Shown here: piece by piece, positions 37,516-64,000 of the stretch
Layout of the letters: each line of letters begins with the position of its first letter
Numbering within the stretch: position 1 is the first letter of the stretch
DNA from: Camelus dromedarius
Taxonomy: Eukaryota
Direction of reading: 5' to 3'
Length of the DNA stretch: 64,000 bases
Assembly (NCBI RefSeq): GCF_036321535.1
Contig: NC_087447.1
Coordinates: 51,648,001-51,712,000 of the forward strand
Position numbers and translations under genes: made by a program
Notes under the pieces: generated by a model
Seen by the model: only the letters and a program-made list of their open reading frames with translations
Told to the model about the DNA's origin: nothing
Databases searched by the model: none

Positions 37516-38531
37516 GATACTATGCAGCTGTTAAAGAATGATGCAGTTTTATATGTACTGATCATAGAATGAACTCCAAAATATAGCAAGAAAAGGGAAA
37601 AAGTAAGGTCATAACAGTGGGTATAATTTGTGAATGTATAAATACTTGTCTATGGACAGATCTCTGGTATCCCTAGAATGATACACAAGATATTGATAGC
37701 AATGGTTGCCTCTTGGTAGGGGAGCTGGGTGGCTGGGGACCCTCTGTATGTTGCTCCATGTACATGAAAATGTAACTCAAAAGATGTTAAACCTTTTTGT
37801 TCCCACTTGACATAAAATAAAATTTAATTCTTTACAATGGCCTAAAATACCATGCATGACATGGGCCCTGCCTCTTTATCCAACTTTAACTGGTACCCCT
37901 CTTCCTGACTCTTACAAATCTCTAGCCACTAGAATATAAATTCTTAAGTGCAGGAATATGTCTTTCTTGTTCACCTTTTGATCTCCAGTACAGTGCATGA
38001 TACTCAATAGGATTTCAGTGGATATTTTTTGAAGCAATAATGAATTTGTTTTTCAAAGTTTTAGGAAGGATTAAGAGGTAATGCCCAGCATAGAACCTGT
38101 CATATAATAGGCACTGAACAGAAAGGAACACAATATTGGACTTCCCCTTTGTCTATCACTTGAAGGGCTGTCTCAAGTGGCAATAGAATCTCATTATGTA
38201 CTGCTCCAGAGACAAAACTGGTAAAAGTTAGAGGAAGGAAAATATTAACTCAGCGTTAAATGCGCTAAGAAACAGCTGCACAAATAGGAGGGACGGCTTT
38301 ATGAGGTGGTGAACACCTCCACACTGCCTAATCAGCTGTCTATTCATTTAGGAAAACTGTAAAAAATAAATCTGCCCTGAGTGCTCTTCTGAGAGCCTCT
38401 AGGATTCTAGGATTTTGTGATTCTGTACACAGGTATATTACGGGCCCATCTTTTTCATAGTTGCTTTATATATACATATATATTATATATAAATACACAT
38501 TATATAGAATACTGTTTTTATTTCTGACTCC

Positions 38532-38995
38532 TGTAAACAAAGAACAGAGAGTGTTGCTCATTGACCAATTCTGCAGGATTAACCCGCTGCAGTCGCTGAC
38601 CAACAGTATATACTACTGTCTTCAGACAAAGGAAATTAAGGTGGTAACAAGATGCTTTGTGCTTTGGATAAGCAGGACCTTTATAGTTAAATGCGTATCT
38701 TAGGAAGAATTTTAACGAACTTGGATTCTTGCATCTTCCCATAAACAGAAAAATACTAAACTCATCAACTTGAGGTATCTATTCTTTGTGACTAGCAGTA
38801 ATCTTTTGCCAAGATACATGCTTGACTGCATGTATTCCCCAGCCAAAAAGACACATGTATACTCCCCCTACCTCTTCAGAGCAGTTCTCTCAGAGCTACT
38901 GAGAGGCCGTTTCCTGGGCTGCAGTCCTGGGTAAGGTCCCTGAATAAAACTGAAACTCACAACTCTAATGTGGTGTGTTTTTCTTTCAGTTGACA
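38532..38995 (+). mobile_element. ERV1-class solo LTR
   Basis: TG...CA termini, 4-bp TSD CTCC on both sides, AATAAA near 38943. Confidence 0.8.
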
Positions 38996-40486
38996 CTCCT
39001 GAGCCTGAAAAAAAGATTTTTTTTAGTACATTTATCGACCTTTCTATAAAGTTGGGATGCTGAAAATGGGATTTTATTGTGAGAAACTAATGGCTGTATT
39101 GATTCAGGTTTTTGAGGTTTATAAAATTGTTCTAATCTTTGTGCTGAATTGCCATTAGTACAGTTGCCCATTTCTTTGAAGCACAAACAAGGGGATAGAT
39201 GGGTCAAAAGATTTTTTTTTAAACCACGATCAGACTGGAAGAGTAATTTCATCAAACTACTGAAGAGTAAAACATCTTTTCCAAAGGTTGTATTTTATTA
39301 TAGTGGCTTTTTTCTCCCAGTAACTGCAAACAGAAGCTGCACGGACTATACATAGGGGGCAATTCTCTCTGATACTGAAGTGCTTCCTTCACAAAGTGTG
39401 GTTTCTAGGTGGAAGTCATTAACAAGGAAAACGTGTTGGGCTGGAAAGAGTGCATCTTCCCAGTATTTCTCTCCCATTTCTGGCTCCATCTCCTCTACCT
39501 AGGAAAAGATACAATGACCAAGAATACCAAGTCCCTCCTATGTTTCTCTTTTCCTTCCTCTTGTTAAATTTTGGTACACTGCATATAAACAGCAGGTAAA
39601 AAATGAATTTTTATATACCTTATTAGTTCAGATTTTTATATTAACCATAGCTTGTTGTTGATTTAATTCTAGATATCAAAACATTTTGAAGTAACACTTT
39701 CATTTATTTAGTTAACTGCTTAAACCTAGGAATTTGTTGTTGAAAACTACTCACATCTCTGCAAAGCTTAAATACATGAATACAAACTATAGTGCTTGGG
39801 AGAGTCCTGGGCTGTAGGGAGGAAGTCCGGTTTCTAGTCTGTGTTGGCACCAAGCAGCTATACCTCAATCTCTGGAGCCGTTTCCCTCCTGGTAATATAA
39901 GGGGCTGATTGCTTTAAAGAGTTTATTTAGACTTTGAACTCTTAAACAAAAACTTACATGAAACCTAACATTTGAAAAAGGTCACAGCGTATTTGCTTTG
40001 GTGGAAGATGGGACAGGGCCCTGAGCCTCTGAGGCAGCTCTCAAGAACTACCAGGGCTCTGCAGAACATTCTGGAAATCTCTGCATCAAATGAGTTCTTC
40101 CAGTTCTGACATCGCATTACGCTGACAGTAACAACCTACAAAGTATTATTAAAATTGGTCTTGTTGAAATGCATCCAAATTCATCTTGTTTTTGGGTTTG
40201 CATACCACTTGGCAAAGATGTGAGGAACTACCTTGGGTCCTAACGCTGTAAACTAGTAAACATTTAGATTTTAATCATGACCTGTGTGCTGTGCTTCTTT
40301 CATTCAACTGTGCCAAACACTGTCAAGACAAGTGTGGTCTCTGCTCTCAAATTGTTATTAAAGTCTCCTGGGAAAACAGATGAACAAGCAAGTATTACAG
40401 CCGTTCATGGTAGACGTAGACCCTTGGCATGGGAGCATGTGGTGGGGTGCTCAGCTCTGGGGGAGGGGGAGGAAAGGATTCACAGA

Positions 40487-40609
40487 TGGGAGGATATAGC
40501 TCAAGTGGTATAGCTAAGCATGCATTCTACCATTCCTGGATTCAATCCCCAGTACCTCCGCTAAGAATAAATAAATAAACCTAATTACCTCCCCCTGCCA
40601 AAAAAAAAA
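40487..40609 (+). mobile_element. tRNA-Ala-derived SINE
   Basis: GGGAGGATATAGCTCAAGTGGTA...CCTAATTACCTCCCCC followed by poly(A). Confidence 0.85.
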
Positions 40610-42035
40610 TACATGTATCAAATATTTATTGAACACTCAGTATGAGTCAGGCAGAGTTCTAAATTTTTTGTGATCATTTTAGAGATGAAGACATTGAAGC
40701 AAAGGATAGTTAAATAACTTGGCTACAGATTAAAAAATCACGGAAGCAGAATTTAAAATCAGGCTGAGTGACTCTAGGGCCCTACTCTTAATCACTACAC
40801 TGTAGTGCCTTTATATTTATAGATATGGTAGCAGTTAAGTTGAATCTTGAACTAGTGCAGACAGTCAGATGATAGGGTAAGAAAGTCCACAGCGGGAGGA
40901 AAGAGAGGAAGTGGCAGGAATGAAAGGAAGCAGAGGTACAAAGCACCACGGCACACGGAGAATTCCAAGTTGTTAGGACAGCTGGAACCCAGGGTGCGAG
41001 GGGGGCCGTGGTGAGGGGAACAGGCTCTAGGGGCCGTGCTTCCCTCCCCTTTGGCAAAACTCTCCATTGTTACCCCTGAATGAGACTCAGAAGTCTGGGG
41101 AAAGAGTGAATTTAAGAGACGGGATGGCTGGATCAGCATCCTGGGGTTCCACTGACCTTGGGCCCTGATCTTAGGGGATAAGGGCAAATAGAAGGTGTGA
41201 ACATTCCTAGGGTCAGCCAGATAAAGGTTGGCTGAATTTGGTTGTGCAGCAGATAGTAGGCAAGCTGGGGTCCTGGATGAAGAGTAGGAGGTACTTTTAA
41301 GGTAGGGAGAGGACAAGACCCGGCTGCAAAAAACACCTAAGTTTGTTCATGTGAGGAAAAGTTTGAGAAGGAGCAGCCTTATCAAAATCGCAGTGCTGGC
41401 TTTTTGAATAAACGAACTGTACAAGATGTCCTTAACACAACGTAAGAATAGATGTGGTTTATAGTCTCTGCTGACAGGCCAAACAGTTCATTAAACATTC
41501 TCCCTGGCTTTGTGAGTATTGTCGATGTATAATTTCAATGAAAAAAAAATCTCCTGGAACAAGGTGTCCAGAATGGGGACAGTGCACACGGTCTGCTTGT
41601 GTGTACACCAATAGGAAAATGTAGGAGCTGGTTAATGATCCAAAAAATTTTTGTGCAGAAATACAAAATGATATTTTATTTATATTTCCCTTAGCACAAG
41701 ATTCTAATTAGGCTTTATCACCTGACAATGGTTATCATAGGCTACAGATAATCATGCTGTTGCCCAGAGCAAGCACAGCAGTCTGAGTGATCTCAGACAA
41801 TTTTAACAAGGGAAGGCGAGATCTGTTTCAGATGTGTTTCACTGCTTATGGAGGACAAGTGGCTTCTCACCATGGTGACAATCAGGTTGCTAGGCTGGGC
41901 AAGGCCAAGTTTAGAAGAATGGTCCTCAAACAGATCTATTGAAATGAATGGTTCATGCCACCAGCAACTTTCTTCAAGTTCTGATTAATTTCCCATGAAA
42001 TAATTGCTTGGAATGCATCCAAGCAGCTCCTTTAC

Positions 42036-63183
<21,148 letters not shown>

Positions 63184-63884
63184 CTACTCAAAACAATCAG
63201 ATGAATAAAATGAGATTTCACAATATTTATCAATTTCACATGTCTAAAATTATCCTTTTAAATGGATCTATACCCCCTACATGGTCACAGCTCACTATCC
63301 TAAAAAGAAACAAGCAGGTATTACATAATCCTGAAACACCTCACTTACCTGGAGGCCAGATCTCCTTCTAGAAAAGCTGGGGAATCTACTAAGTGAAAAG
63401 GGTCTCTGCGTTATTTAAACGGCTGATCAAAAGCTCATACTTTTTCTTAAGGGAGGCCCTTAGGCTGTTGCTCAGAGGTGCCTTACTCTCCTTCACAAGC
63501 AATTCATTATCTGGAAATGCCTCACACACAAGCTGGATCTTCAAGGATGAGTAGTTCATCAGAGAAGGTAGGAAAAGGCCCCTGCCCTGCCTCTCCCAGG
63601 CCTCCAAATTCTGTTTACTGTTCCCCTTCTCACTATATATAAATATATCCAACCATCTCCCCTATAGGGGAGGAAAAATTTTTCCTTCTATCCTTCCAGG
63701 TTCTGTGCCTGGTCTAAGAATTAAATTGAAATAAGAAAGGAGGAAAAAAATAATTTTAATTACATACATATGTACAGCAGCCCTAAAAGATATATAAGAT
63801 GAGACTCAAACGGTGACCAGATAATTGAGGCTTATCTACCATTCCGAGCTAAGGAAAGGGGTTGGGGTCTAGGGCTTCAAAGAA

Positions 63885-63932
63885 GGTGGAAGGTAATTCA
63901 CAGAGGGGTGGAAGGTAATTCACAGAGGGGTG
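63885..63932. repeat. 22-bp tandem duplication inside an LTR-like segment
   Basis: GGTGGAAGGTAATTCACAGAGG repeated twice. Confidence 0.85.
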
Positions 63933-64000
63933 AAAAAGTGATCTCTGGTAATAGCTACCTTCCTGATACAGGCCCCCTTTCTAATGTAAGTTTCCCTTGA

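Noticed and set aside
38986..39355. Short ORFs in unique-looking sequence between NDUFC2 and ALG8
   Set aside because: No recognisable protein similarity or convincing exon structure

Overview
Mammalian genomic DNA, most likely from a camelid, judging by about 11 copies of a tRNA-Ala-derived SINE resembling the camelid vic-1 family. The gene order matches the conserved THRSP-NDUFC2-ALG8 locus. THRSP (Spot14) is on + with one coding exon (18438-18890) and a probable non-coding exon 2. NDUFC2 is on - with 3 coding exons (120 aa) and a CpG-island promoter. ALG8 is on - with coding exons 2-13 in the window and exon 1 off the right edge. The rest is mostly interspersed repeats (L1, ERV/MaLR LTRs, Tigger1, MER5/MER58, SINEs) plus a 5'-truncated, frameshifted PRELID3B processed pseudogene. 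I found no evidence of a wholly new biological system. The points most worth checking are: a U12 intron and a GC-AG intron in ALG8; back-to-back convergent poly(A) signals between THRSP and NDUFC2; a strong-context in-frame upstream ATG in THRSP; a consensus ChoRE about 2.45 kb upstream of THRSP; an orphan CpG-rich CTCF/RFX element next to the retrocopy; and several unusual L1-mediated insertions. Gene and repeat-family names come from recalled sequences, not database searches.
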